The translations under genes were made by a program, and so were the position numbers. Positions 32,025 to 41,971 of a DNA stretch of 64,000 nucleotides are shown here, piece by piece. The notes under the pieces are model-generated. The model searched no databases. It saw only the letters and a program-made list of their open reading frames with translations, and was not told the origin of the DNA. Source of the DNA: an uncultured Akkermansia sp. (GTDB lineage: Bacteria > Verrucomicrobiota > Verrucomicrobiia > Verrucomicrobiales > Akkermansiaceae). Numbering within the stretch: position 1 is the stretch's first letter; each line of letters opens with the position of its first letter. The stretch covers positions 2,314 through 66,313 of the forward strand of contig CANQAD010000002.1 in the NCBI GenBank assembly GCA_947588735.1, written 5' to 3'.

Positions 32025-32380
32025 CATATTTGTCCCATGAAAAAGCAATCCCAACAAGGGGTTATTGCCGCATCATGAAGGATAACCCATTGGTAATTTT
32101 CGATTTTCGAATTACGAATGACGATTTAGGAAGAGTGCGTGCTGGCGCGCGGGGTTGCCCCGCAGGGGCAAAAGCTATGTTTTTTGCTAAACTGCCTTGC
32201 AGCCATCGGCAGTTTTCACCCCACGGGCAAAAGCTGCGCTTTTGTCTAATCCCCCAGCGCGCCCTCGAGGGCTTTCACCGCTTTGCTGAATCGTCCATGG
32301 TTTGCTGTCTCGCTGGCTTCCTTCTTTCGTCCCTAGAAAACGCATGGGAAATGGGTTCAATGAGCCCGGAGACATATTGT
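32025..32380 (+). mobile_element. MITE-like family B, left end intact, right end truncated
   Basis: Left TIR catatttgtccca matches the 59446 end of the complete copy. It is preceded by an A-type TIR remnant caaggcaaacgc. Confidence 0.8.
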
Positions 32381-32500
32381 TAATGAATAGCAAATCATCT
32401 TTTCTCAATCGAAAAAACAATTGCGTTTTCAAAGACGCTTGACTTGGCGAGTTAATTTGCCTTGACAGAACGGTCCCGGGTTTGCTACACTGCGCGGGCT

Positions 32501-33617
32501 ATGACGGACAAGGAAACATCGCCCGTGGATCTCTCGGCGCTCGACACGGCTGCTATGCGTAGTCGTCTTTCCGAGCTCGGGAGCTATCTTTGACCTTGCT
32601 CATTTGGAGGAACAGGTAATCTATATGGGGCAGCGCATGAGCGCACCTGATTTTTGGGATGACCCACAGGCCGCCCGCACTCTTATGGCGGAGGTAAATC
32701 CGCTTAAGCGGCGGCTGGAGCAGTACCGCGCGCTGGAGAGCGGATTGGAGGATGTGGAAGCCGCGCTGGAACTGGCTCGAGAGGAGCCGGAGGTGGCGGC
32801 AGAAGCGGTTGAAGAGTATGATGCGTGGCAGAAAAGACTGGAGGAGTTCGAGTTGATTACCCTACTGAATGAACCGTACGACGCATCTGGCTGTTACATT
32901 ACGATTCATTCGGGAGCGGGCGGGACGGAAGCGTGTGACTGGGCGAGTATGCTGCTGCGCATGTATCTGCGCTATTGCGAGCGCCATAACTTTGCCACGG
33001 AAATTATGGAGAGCACGGATGGGGACGAAGCAGGGTTGCGATCGGTGACAGTGAAAATCACGGGGGAGTATGCATACGGCTATTTGAAAAATGAGCGAGG
33101 AATTCATCGCTTGGTGCGTATGAGTCCTTTCGATGCCGCAGGAAAGCGGCATACTTCGTTCTGCTCGCTGGATGCCACGCCGGATATCTCCGACGATGTG
33201 GAAATTGAGGTAAAAGATGCAGATGTGAAAATGGATACTTATCGTTCCGGCGGCAAGGGCGGGCAAAACGTCAACAAGGTGGAAACGGCAGTGCGTCTCA
33301 CCCATTTGCCAACGGGCATCATCGTGGCGTGCCAGACTCAGCGCTCGCAGTTACGCAACCGCGAGGAGGCCATGCGTATGCTCAAAGCGCGCCTCATCCA
33401 GCTGGAAGAGGATCGCAAGCGAGCAGAAGCTGATCGACAGTACTCCGAAAAGGGCGATATTGCGTGGGGAAATCAGATACGTTCGTACGTTTTTCAACCC
33501 TACCAGATGGTGAAGGACCTGCGCACCGGGGTAGAGAGTGGCAATATCCAGGATGTGATGGACGGCAATTTGGATGCGTACATTGAGGCCATGCTGCGCC
33601 ACAATGCCAACTCCTGA
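32501..33617 (+). CDS. prfB: Peptide chain release factor 2, programmed +1 frameshift
   Basis: ATG 32501, 30 codons, then GGGAGCTAT-CTT-TGA-C (32588-94). The +1 frame continues DLAHLEEQ... and contains SPF and GGQ motifs. Confidence 0.96.
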
Positions 33618-33637
33618 ATAGCTAACCCCGCTTTGCG

Positions 33638-34414
33638 ATGCTTGAATTTGATGTGCTCTCCCTGTTCCCGGAGATAGTGAGCGCCCCGCTTTCGCAAAGC
33701 ATCATTGGGCGAGCGGCAGGGAATGGCTTGCTCTGCGTGCGCTCCCATAATATCCGGGATTGGACGCACGATAAACACCATCGCACAGATGATTATTTGT
33801 GTGGTGGGGGGCAAGGGATGCTCATGAAATGCGAGCCCATCTTTGAGGCTGTGGAAGAGTTGCGCCGCGAGAATACGCGCGTGATACTCATGACCCCGCA
33901 GGGACGTGTGCTTACCCAGCAGCTGGTGCGTGAGCTGGCAGCCCCTTGCATGGAGCTGCAAAATGGTGCGCACTACATTATCATCTGCGGGCACTACGAA
34001 GGGGTGGACCAGCGTGTGGTGGACAATGTGGTGGATTTGGAGGTATCAATCGGGGATTACATATTGACCAATGGTGCGATAGCCGCCGTTGTGCTCATTG
34101 ATGCCATTTCAAGGTTGGCACCGGGTGCCTTGGGTGATGAACGCAGTGGGGAGGAGGAATCTTTCTGCGATGGATTGCTGGAGGCTCCTGCCTATACGAA
34201 GCCCATCGAATTCCGCGGGATGAAAGTGCCTGAGGTGTTGCTCTCCGGCAACCACAAGGCGATGGAAGAGTGGAAACAGGAACGCGCTGTGGAACGTACC
34301 CGTGCCAATAGACCAGATCTCTATGAAAAATGGGCAGCCGCGCACCCGGAGTTCTTCCACCCGCGCAAAAAGAAAACGAAGCCCACACATTACAAAGAAC
34401 GCCCGACATCGTGA
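33638..34414 (+). CDS. trmD: tRNA (guanine37-N1)-methyltransferase
   Basis: SLFPE, GGGQGM, CGHYEGVDQR, SIGDYIL and VPEVLLSGNH. Confidence 0.96.
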   Translation: MLEFDVLSLFPEIVSAPLSQSIIGRAAGNGLLCVRSHNIRDWTHDKHHRTDDYLCGGGQGMLMKCEPIFEAVEELRRENTRVILMTPQGRVLTQQLVRELAAPCMELQNGAHYIIICGHYEGVDQRVVDNVVDLEVSIGDYILTNGAIAAVVLIDAISRLAPGALGDERSGEEESFCDGLLEAPAYTKPIEFRGMKVPEVLLSGNHKAMEEWKQERAVERTRANRPDLYEKWAAAHPEFFHPRKKKTKPTHYKERPTS

Positions 34415-34432
34415 ATTGGACCTGAACTCATG

Positions 34433-34672
34433 CAGGGCAACCGCATCAGGAAATGCAGTTGCTATTTACGGTTGACGATGCACGAATTACGATTTATTGA
34501 TCATGTGCGCGTTGCGCAGTCTTTTTTGAATCATGAACGTAGGAAGGAGAGTTCTTGAGAGCCATCATCATAATGATTGCTTGTTGTCATTTTTTGATGC
34601 GTATCAACGATAATATCAGCCAACAAGGCCATTTTCTCCGTTGATGAACTTCTTTCAAATGCGGTTGCCCTG
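34433..34672 (+). mobile_element. MITE-like family A, full 240-bp copy
   Basis: Perfect 14-bp TIRs cagggcaaccgcat / atgcggttgccctg. No TSD seen. Confidence 0.88.
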
Positions 34673-34702
34673 CACTTCACCCAGATGAGTTTGCCCGGGC
34701 AC

Positions 34703-37327
34703 TTATCGCTTCTTCTTGATTTTTGGACCCCTTTTGTTCTTTTTCGTCTTGTCTGCATTGCCTTCCATCACGATGACCTCACAGGGTTCCATCGTGATTT
34801 CCAATTCGGCATCCACATCCAGTAACTCGTCCATAAGGCCGGGGAGATTACGTTGGTCGGCAAAGGAGCTGGTCAACCTGATTTTCTCATGATTCCCTTT
34901 GGGAATTTCGAAGAGCTGTCGCAGCGTAGTGTGCAGGGATTTGGACGACGCCGATGAGTTGCGCAGCGTGAGGGTGCATTTGGAGGGATTCCAAGCTGCC
35001 CAGCCATAGATGGTTCCATCGTTGCCATCCCATGGGTTGCCGCCCACCCAGTGTACGTCCTCCAGTACATCGGCATTGCGACGGATCCACGCGATGCAGG
35101 AGGCGAGCTCATCCCACAGCATGCCGTTTTGTTGATTGAGCAGCTCTGCATCGGCATACACCTCCTGGAGGCCGGAGCCGGAACCAAAGGCAGCACGCAT
35201 TTCTTTCACGCAGTTGGCGGGGTCTTTGCTCATCACATTCGGCGGACCGTTGCGGGTGATGATGGTGCCGTGCGTCATGAGGCAGTTAATGGGGAAGAGC
35301 GGGGCTCCCTGCACAAAGACTTCGTACACGAGACGGTCTCGGTAAGTAATCCAGCGGTCACGTTCATCACCGGCATTGCCCACCTGACCGAAGTCATTTT
35401 CCTGTCGCCAGACGGAATCCACAAAGTGGAACCAGAAGGGGCTTGCCCAAGTACCCACGGTGGTGTTGATAAAGATGTCCGGTTTTTTCTTCCGCAGCTC
35501 GGTTGCCACACTGATGATTCCCTCGGCATCTTCAAGGTCTGCCGGGCCGTTAGCATGAAACTTTGTTGAGATGCCATCGAACTTGAAATATCTCATGTCA
35601 TATTCCTTGATCATCTCCAAGCAGCGTTGCACGAAGGCATCGAAATACTCTTGATTGGAGAGTCTGAAATTGCTGATCTGATTGTGCGGATGCTTTTTGT
35701 TCCAGAAAGAGAGGCGAAGTCCTTTGGAATGCCCATATCCGCCTACAGGACCGAGCCAAGTACCGATACCTGCGTTCATTTTGGCGGCAGCATGGTTGAT
35801 GTTGGCAAAGCCATTCGGGAACCCTGAGTGAAAGTCCCACAGACTGTTAAACTCATCCCAACCGTCGTCGATCACAAAAGCATCGATGCTGGTCTTCCTC
35901 TTGTCGAAGAGTTCGCGTTTCCATTGGGACAGAATGCCTTTCCAGATGGCGTCTGTCGTGCGCTGGCGTGGGTCATTATTGTCATGCACACGTATGCCGA
36001 CTTCGTACCAATCATTGTAGTGCACGAGCACGCGGTAGGGTACGGCGCGTTCGCGCTCACTGTAAGACAGAAATGAGCGGCGTGGTTGTTCAGAATCCAG
36101 CAGCCCAACCACCGTGGAAACAAACCAGCTGTGGTTGCGTGGCAGTACAGTTTTGCGCACCCATTCGCCACGCACCAAGCCATCTTTCGGGAGATCGTCA
36201 TGGTTTTCCTCAGCCTGCGTGCGCAGAGGGAGTGAGATGCGCAATGATCCGTGAGCGGTAATGGATTCTGTTTTGTTTTCTGCCCAACATTGCAGGGTGT
36301 AGATTCCGGGCGCGGGAACTTGCAAGGTGTAATTAGAATCGATTTTTTGCTCTCCGGTGCTGCCGCGGTGGGCATCGCAGCTCACAATTTTGCCGGTAGC
36401 ATCTGCCAGGCTTATGGCGATGACGTTCAGCTTATGAGAACCACTCTCATAGACGGGTTCTACTTGGCATTCCCCACCCCGAGCAAAACGCACCCTGCCG
36501 CCACTCACCTTCACATAACGCACGGTGGGACCGTCCATTTCTGCACAAAGTTCTTTTTGGGCGGACCTCACGGCTTGAGGAATATCATTTGCAAAAACAT
36601 CCTGAAAAGACTCCGGTGACCACACAGTGGGATCCCTCTGGTCAAGCGTGCTTTGACCACCAACGCTCATCACGGACATAGGGGTTTCGAGCCCGGCGAA
36701 GAGACGCTCGCTGAGCACCAAATTTCCGTGAGTCGTATTGCCGGAGACAGTTGGCTGTCCCGCTTCGTCGGAAAAGGCATATTGGAGCGGGGTGAAGGAG
36801 GTAAAAGGCGTATCGCGCAGTGCAGAGATGGTGAACTCCTGGCGCAGGTAGCGGGAGTTCTTTCGCAGTACCGCTTTCCAGTCGACCCGATACGTGCTGT
36901 CCTTCGACTCCAGCACCGCATGTATTCCCCACCCCTCCTCCCTTTCGGAGGCTCGAGCGGCAGAGGGATTTGCGGGGAGAGACAGCCCCTCCCACTTCAG
37001 TATCTTCATATCTTTCGAGGTGACAAGTTTACCTCGGGCGGGCCGTACGTTGATAATATCTGTACCAGGCTTCAGTAGCTGCTTACCGCTTTTTTTCTCG
37101 GTGAGTCCACCGAAGATGATTCCTCCATCTTTTCCTGCTTCGAACTTGGCCAAAATCCAATCATTATCAAGAACCGCCCAATCTATGTCGCAACTCGCCT
37201 TGCTTTTGACAACCCCGGCAGAATTTCCTCCGTCGCTCGTTTGTGTACTGACGCCTGCCACAGCAGCATGCGGCTGAAGCAACAGCAGACCTCCCCATAA
37301 AATTGCGAATGAGGTATGTTTATCCAT
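34703..37327 (-). CDS. Secreted glycoside hydrolase, probable clan GH-D-like (alpha-galactosidase-like) TIM barrel
   Basis: Signal peptide; YNDWY, FVIDDGWD, GTWLGP and YFKFDG motifs resemble GH27/GH36-type barrels; Lys/Arg-rich C-terminus. Substrate cannot be determined here. Confidence 0.65.
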   Translation of the reverse strand: MDKHTSFAILWGGLLLLQPHAAVAGVSTQTSDGGNSAGVVKSKASCDIDWAVLDNDWILAKFEAGKDGGIIFGGLTEKKSGKQLLKPGTDIINVRPARGKLVTSKDMKILKWEGLSLPANPSAARASEREEGWGIHAVLESKDSTYRVDWKAVLRKNSRYLRQEFTISALRDTPFTSFTPLQYAFSDEAGQPTVSGNTTHGNLVLSERLFAGLETPMSVMSVGGQSTLDQRDPTVWSPESFQDVFANDIPQAVRSAQKELCAEMDGPTVRYVKVSGGRVRFARGGECQVEPVYESGSHKLNVIAISLADATGKIVSCDAHRGSTGEQKIDSNYTLQVPAPGIYTLQCWAENKTESITAHGSLRISLPLRTQAEENHDDLPKDGLVRGEWVRKTVLPRNHSWFVSTVVGLLDSEQPRRSFLSYSERERAVPYRVLVHYNDWYEVGIRVHDNNDPRQRTTDAIWKGILSQWKRELFDKRKTSIDAFVIDDGWDEFNSLWDFHSGFPNGFANINHAAAKMNAGIGTWLGPVGGYGHSKGLRLSFWNKKHPHNQISNFRLSNQEYFDAFVQRCLEMIKEYDMRYFKFDGISTKFHANGPADLEDAEGIISVATELRKKKPDIFINTTVGTWASPFWFHFVDSVWRQENDFGQVGNAGDERDRWITYRDRLVYEVFVQGAPLFPINCLMTHGTIITRNGPPNVMSKDPANCVKEMRAAFGSGSGLQEVYADAELLNQQNGMLWDELASCIAWIRRNADVLEDVHWVGGNPWDGNDGTIYGWAAWNPSKCTLTLRNSSASSKSLHTTLRQLFEIPKGNHEKIRLTSSFADQRNLPGLMDELLDVDAELEITMEPCEVIVMEGNADKTKKNKRGPKIKKKR

Positions 37328-37380
37328 GCAGCGTCATTCTACCCGTTCTCCAAGGAGTTGTCAAACGGACCTCGTAATCC

Positions 37381-37624
37381 CAGGGCGCCCGCATTTGAAA
37401 GGAGTCGAGTGACGGAGAAAATGTCTGAGGAGGTTGGGTGCGGGGCTCGTTTTTGTACCAAAAAATCATGACGAGAAGAGGTCATCACGATGATGGCTCT
37501 CAAGAACTTTCCTGCATACATTCATGATTCAAAAAAACTGCGCAACGCGCACATGATCAATAAATTGTAATTCGTGCATCGTCAATCGTCAATAGCAACC
37601 GCATTTCCTGATGCGGTTGCCCTG
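37381..37624 (-). mobile_element. MITE-like family A, full copy
   Basis: TIRs cagggcgcccgcat / atgcggttgccctg. The reverse complement aligns with 34433-34672. Confidence 0.85.
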
Positions 37625-37678
37625 TTGGGACGGATGTGCCTCTTGACATCGTTACCTTTTACATGGTATTATGCAGAC

Positions 37679-38386
37679 ATGAATGAACAGGAAGTTATAA
37701 AAATTAAGCCTGATTTGGCAAGCTTGCGCATGAGCAGTTTCCTCGCCCGCGCCTATTTAAACAAGGTTTACGGTTGGATGGCCCTTACAATGCTGATCAC
37801 CACTGCGGTCGCCGTGTACAGTACCCATAGCGAAATGCTCAATCGACTTGTGATTGAGCATCCCGTCTTTACGATCTTGACAGCCGTCGGAATTGTGGTT
37901 GTTATGAGTTTTGGGCGCACGCGGCTGAGTGTTGCTACACTTGGGACGTTACTCATACTCTTCTCGGTTGTCGAGGGGCTGCTATTCGGCCCTGTTTTGC
38001 AAGCCTACACTCAAGAATCGCTTGCACTCACTTTTGCCTGCACAGCGGGTACTTTCGGGATTATGGCTCTCTACGGCGCCTGCACCAAGCGCGATTTGAG
38101 CGTGCTGGGGCGTACACTTTTCATGATTCTTTTTGGCCTCGTCATCTGCTTGGTCGCAAATATTTTTTGGGGTAACAGCACCTTCGATGCCATTCTCTCC
38201 GTGGTGGGTGTGATCCTTTTCTCTCTGCTCACCGCATATGATACCCAGGCGTTGTTGCGGGAGGGCTCGACCATGCATGATGAAGACGGGCGTGCCAAGG
38301 GAGCTATTCTTGGAGCCTTGGATCTGTATCTTGACTTCATCAATCTTTTCCTCTACCTCCTGCGTTTTTTAGGAGACCGTCGATAG
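37679..38386 (+). CDS. Bax inhibitor-1 / YccA family membrane protein
   Basis: Seven TM segments, KVYGWM, TAYDTQ and GALDLYLDFINLFLYLLR. TTGACA-18-TATTAT lies 6 nt before the ATG. Confidence 0.92.
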   Translation: MNEQEVIKIKPDLASLRMSSFLARAYLNKVYGWMALTMLITTAVAVYSTHSEMLNRLVIEHPVFTILTAVGIVVVMSFGRTRLSVATLGTLLILFSVVEGLLFGPVLQAYTQESLALTFACTAGTFGIMALYGACTKRDLSVLGRTLFMILFGLVICLVANIFWGNSTFDAILSVVGVILFSLLTAYDTQALLREGSTMHDEDGRAKGAILGALDLYLDFINLFLYLLRFLGDRR

Positions 38387-38405
38387 AATTTCACCCCAAA
38401 AAACT

Positions 38406-38876
38406 ATGGATAAACGACCTGAGCAAATTAACGATATCATTGTCGACTTCGCCAACAGCATTTTGAACTCTTTGGGATTTGAGCATGAAATCTCAACTGA
38501 GAAGTGCAGTGCAGAAGAGATATCGCTCATGATTTCGGGACCTGATTCGCGTTTCATCATCGGCGATGGAGGCTCTCGTTTGGACGACCTGCAATATCTG
38601 CTGAACCGCATTGCTGTTTTACACGCTCAGGATGCCCCTCGCGTCCGTGTGGACTGCGACCACTACCGCGATCACTTGGAGAAACGTGTTGTCGCAACCG
38701 CTCGCCAGAAAGCAGAGCAGGTGCTTTCCACTGGCCGACCGCAAACGCTCAAGCCCCTCAATGCGTATTTCCGGCGTCTTGTGCACTCTGCTTTGGCCGA
38801 TATGCCCGGCGTTGCCACTAAATCCGAAGAAGGTGATTCGCGCTACAAACGCATTACCATCTCACGCGAGGCATGA
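38406..38876 (+). CDS. Jag/EloR-like KH + R3H RNA-binding protein (lacks N-terminal Jag domain)
   Basis: IIGDGGSRLDDLQYL, LKPLNAYFRRLVH and SEEG. Confidence 0.85.
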   Translation: MDKRPEQINDIIVDFANSILNSLGFEHEISTEKCSAEEISLMISGPDSRFIIGDGGSRLDDLQYLLNRIAVLHAQDAPRVRVDCDHYRDHLEKRVVATARQKAEQVLSTGRPQTLKPLNAYFRRLVHSALADMPGVATKSEEGDSRYKRITISREA

Positions 38877-39595
38877 AGCGCCTTCTGGTCACCCTCCTTT
38901 GCACCGTCGTTTGCAGCAGTTCCCATGCCGGGGAGACTTGGGTGCTGTACCATGCACCGGGGGCAGATGCCAAGGCTCTTTACCAAGTTGCACTCAGTGT
39001 AACTCCTCCTGGCACGACTGTCATCTCGCAAGCTCTTCCTGCCACATGCAAAAGTGCAGATGATTTGAAAATACAGCGTTCTGCAATGAGTGCCGGTGTG
39101 CACGTTCTGCCATGTCTGGCATTGCAGGATGAGAGGGGTTGCTATGCGGTACTCCCCCTGCGTGGACTTTCTGCACGAGGTGTGCACACGGCTCGCGAAC
39201 TCGCCCGTGCTCCACGACGTGCCGAGCTGGCGGCACAGAGACTTTTGGCAGCAGATCTCTACTTCGACATCGCATGCGCGCGCCTGCCTTTCATTCCAAT
39301 GCATGAGAAAACAGCTGCGATGGCACACCTGCGCCGCCTCGCAGAATCAGAGACTTTGTCCGTAAAAACTCGGCAATTCATTGTCCTGCATTGTCTCTAC
39401 TCTTCGCTCATGTGCATGTATGCCGCTGAATACAGCGGAGCTCACACTACCACCTCTGAGCAACTTTTCCTGCAGGCTATTGCTGCGCTGGAAATTGCTC
39501 GTGATATGGATGCTTCTTCCGAGATTGGCCGTCTTGCCCACCAGGAACGTGAAAAGCTTCGTGCAGCGCGTCTCCAGGCAAAAAAAATTGACTAG
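38873..39595 (+). CDS. Hypothetical exported protein
   Basis: Signal peptide MKRLLVTLL..SHA, ATGA overlap with the previous gene, 240-aa ORF. Confidence 0.7.
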   Translation: MKRLLVTLLCTVVCSSSHAGETWVLYHAPGADAKALYQVALSVTPPGTTVISQALPATCKSADDLKIQRSAMSAGVHVLPCLALQDERGCYAVLPLRGLSARGVHTARELARAPRRAELAAQRLLAADLYFDIACARLPFIPMHEKTAAMAHLRRLAESETLSVKTRQFIVLHCLYSSLMCMYAAEYSGAHTTTSEQLFLQAIAALEIARDMDASSEIGRLAHQEREKLRAARLQAKKID

Positions 39596-39609
39596 CCCAC
39601 GTGCATGTA

Positions 39610-39688
39610 CACGGCAACTGCATTTGAAAGAAGTTGAGTAGCGGAGAAAATGTCCAGGGCAACCGCATTGCCTAATGCGGTTGCCCTG
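39610..39688 (-). mobile_element. Minimal 79-bp family A derivative with 10-bp TSD
   Basis: cacggcaactgcatttgaaag...cagggcaaccgcattgcctaatgcggttgccctg, flanked by cgtgcatgta at 39600-09 and 39689-98. Confidence 0.82.
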
Positions 39689-39741
39689 CGTGCATGTATC
39701 AATTCCTTGACAACTGCACACTGCGCAGCTTACAATGCGGC

Positions 39742-40869
39742 ATGATTCTGGAACGCATTGGCTTTTGCATACGCTGCATTCTCACATTGGTGGGGGCGCT
39801 TGCGCTGCTCTTTGCTCTTTCGTATCCGGACACCTTGCTCCCCCCTACGCCGGATATAGAGTATGTGCAGGGTTACACGCTGTACGACTTCAAGCCTGTC
39901 ATCTGGGGTGTTCCCCTCCTGTTCATGGAGTTGGTGAGCAGCTTAGGTCCGCAGCGTAATAAAATCTGGTTTTTTTCTATAATTACGGTGCTGATTGCGG
40001 GCGTGATCGCGTTTCCCGTGCTGCGAGCATGGGCTCCAGAATTGGTCTCCCGAACTCTTCCTTTTGAGGACGGCAAACTTTCGTGGGGGCTCTTCTATTT
40101 TGCCATCATTGCTGCTGTCAGTTTTCTGCTGCGTTGTGGACTCTTCGCGTATCTTTTTCACGAATTTCCTGAGCACAACCAGGACGAAAACGCTCTGGAC
40201 GCCAATATTTTGAACCCGGCCAACGCTTCAACCGTGCGTGAAATTGCCGCCAATCCTGTGCGAACCAAAGTACGTTTCCTCTTCGGTGATGCAGACCAAT
40301 CCATCATTAAGCGTTTTATGGCTTTCATGCACAAGCTGACCCTTTTGCGGCGTCGTCGAAGTTTCTACTACCTGCTGACCGGGGCGCTCATCCTGCTGTG
40401 GTTTTTCCTATATCCTCAACCCACGACAGATGAGGCTCTGCAGCGCGATCTGCAAGTCATGTATGAGCACATCCAACTTCCTGATGGCTCCTATCGCGCC
40501 ACACCACGAGCCGTACACGCCGCGCTGCGCGTGATGCGTTATGTGTCGGACACCGGGGTGCTTGAAGGAGAAACCCTCCCGCAAGCCCTCAATTGGGTTC
40601 AAGTGCAGCGTGCACCTGCTCAGTACCGCAACCAGCTTCTGGACGATTCTGATCTCCGGCTCGCGTCCATTGATGACGTTTTCGAGAGCCGTACTCGCTT
40701 CCTCACGGTGTCGGACGGTAAGCGTACAGCGGCATTATTTATCCGCACCAATAAGGAGGGAGACCGCATTAACGTATGCGAAGCTGTGGACGCCGGTTGG
40801 AATGCTATTGCTGATGATTTCCGTCGTCGGTTCGGAACCGATGTGAGAGCACGCTTTTTCTCCCGCTAA
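39742..40869 (+). CDS. Hypothetical multi-pass membrane protein
   Basis: About five hydrophobic segments plus a soluble C-terminal domain. TTGACA-18-TACAAT lies 5 nt before the ATG. Confidence 0.75.
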   Translation: MILERIGFCIRCILTLVGALALLFALSYPDTLLPPTPDIEYVQGYTLYDFKPVIWGVPLLFMELVSSLGPQRNKIWFFSIITVLIAGVIAFPVLRAWAPELVSRTLPFEDGKLSWGLFYFAIIAAVSFLLRCGLFAYLFHEFPEHNQDENALDANILNPANASTVREIAANPVRTKVRFLFGDADQSIIKRFMAFMHKLTLLRRRRSFYYLLTGALILLWFFLYPQPTTDEALQRDLQVMYEHIQLPDGSYRATPRAVHAALRVMRYVSDTGVLEGETLPQALNWVQVQRAPAQYRNQLLDDSDLRLASIDDVFESRTRFLTVSDGKRTAALFIRTNKEGDRINVCEAVDAGWNAIADDFRRRFGTDVRARFFSR

Positions 40870-40878
40870 TTGGGATTT

Positions 40879-41457
40879 CTACGGCATATACGCAACTGCA
40901 CCGACATAGCCCGGAGCCGCTTCAAAAAGATCTACAACCGGGGCACATGGAGAGCATAACTCAATCCTGCCATCAACGTAAAGGAAGGGGATTTCTCTCG
41001 CCCGCAGCACACTCTTGCCGCACCACTTCACTAACGCCTCAGACGCACACCAGCACACATAAAATTCGTACTGCTTGCAACCACGCGCCTGCCAGGCCTC
41101 CCACTGCGCCGCACTCATGATGCGCTGCGCTATCTCACGCATATGACGGCGTGGGTGAATACGTTCGATATCCACACCTACGCTCTTGTGATGAAAGGCA
41201 ATACAAAGCAAGTCTCCACTATGGCTCAGGTTGAATGGCTGTTGCTCGCATTCCGGTTTACCGTAAGCAGAGTAGATCAATTGAACTTGGGCTGCAGGGA
41301 TACCAGTGTGTCTCGCCAGCTCATGTCTCAGGATGCTGCGTTCTTTCAGGAATAGCTCACCACGCTTGGCGTAGGCTGTCTGTTCGGTGGCATCCAGCTC
41401 TTCCGGGCGAAGGAGCTGTACCTTTGTCTCCGTCATGTTGTAGAGAAGGTAGTGCAT
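40879..41457 (-). CDS. 4'-phosphopantetheinyl transferase (Sfp-like)
   Basis: YGKP, FNLSHSG, VGVDIE and W..SEALVK..G. Confidence 0.88.
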   Translation of the reverse strand: MHYLLYNMTETKVQLLRPEELDATEQTAYAKRGELFLKERSILRHELARHTGIPAAQVQLIYSAYGKPECEQQPFNLSHSGDLLCIAFHHKSVGVDIERIHPRRHMREIAQRIMSAAQWEAWQARGCKQYEFYVCWCASEALVKWCGKSVLRAREIPFLYVDGRIELCSPCAPVVDLFEAAPGYVGAVAYMP

Positions 41458-41473
41458 GGATCAGAAAAACGGA

Positions 41474-41968
41474 TCAAAGCGGAGTGATTGTCACGCTATT
41501 GGCTTCGGTATCATACGTGGCAAATGAGGGAGCTGCATACCGGCCTTGTATATCTCCCGGATTCGCGACCACTGCATGACCAATCGTGGCACACGCAGAT
41601 CTGTGCGTGTGCCCAAAAAACACTGCATCATACTTTCCGGATTCTGCCGCCAGCTGCAGGCCATAGCCCGGGATATGCGTCATCATAATGCTACGTTTGC
41701 CAATCATGAGGTGTGCCGTATCCATATGAAACCGTGTATTCTCCCAATCTTGAACGCACTCTGCAAACACTGAGCGCGGGTAATCATTATTACCTGGCAC
41801 CAAATCAAGCTCATGCTGCCATGCTTGACGCAGCGTCTGCAACGTCTCCACCGTACACAAATCCCCAAGGTACAGCAGATGCCGACACCCTGCTTCTTCT
41901 GCACACCGCAGCGCTTTTATAAGATTTCTCTGCTCATCATGAGCGTCTGACATAAGTGCTATCAGCAT
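41474..41968 (-). CDS. Metallophosphoesterase (YfcE/MJ0936 family)
   Basis: SDAH, LGD, GNND, FGHTH and NPG. Confidence 0.9.
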   Translation of the reverse strand: MLIALMSDAHDEQRNLIKALRCAEEAGCRHLLYLGDLCTVETLQTLRQAWQHELDLVPGNNDYPRSVFAECVQDWENTRFHMDTAHLMIGKRSIMMTHIPGYGLQLAAESGKYDAVFFGHTHRSACATIGHAVVANPGDIQGRYAAPSFATYDTEANSVTITPL

Positions 41969-41971
41969 TGT

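Noticed and set aside
34423-34690. Target-site duplications at A copies 34433, 37381, 10720, 44404 and 48069
   Set aside because: The flanks were checked and no direct repeats found. TSD evidence is limited to three copies (31764, 39610, 59064).
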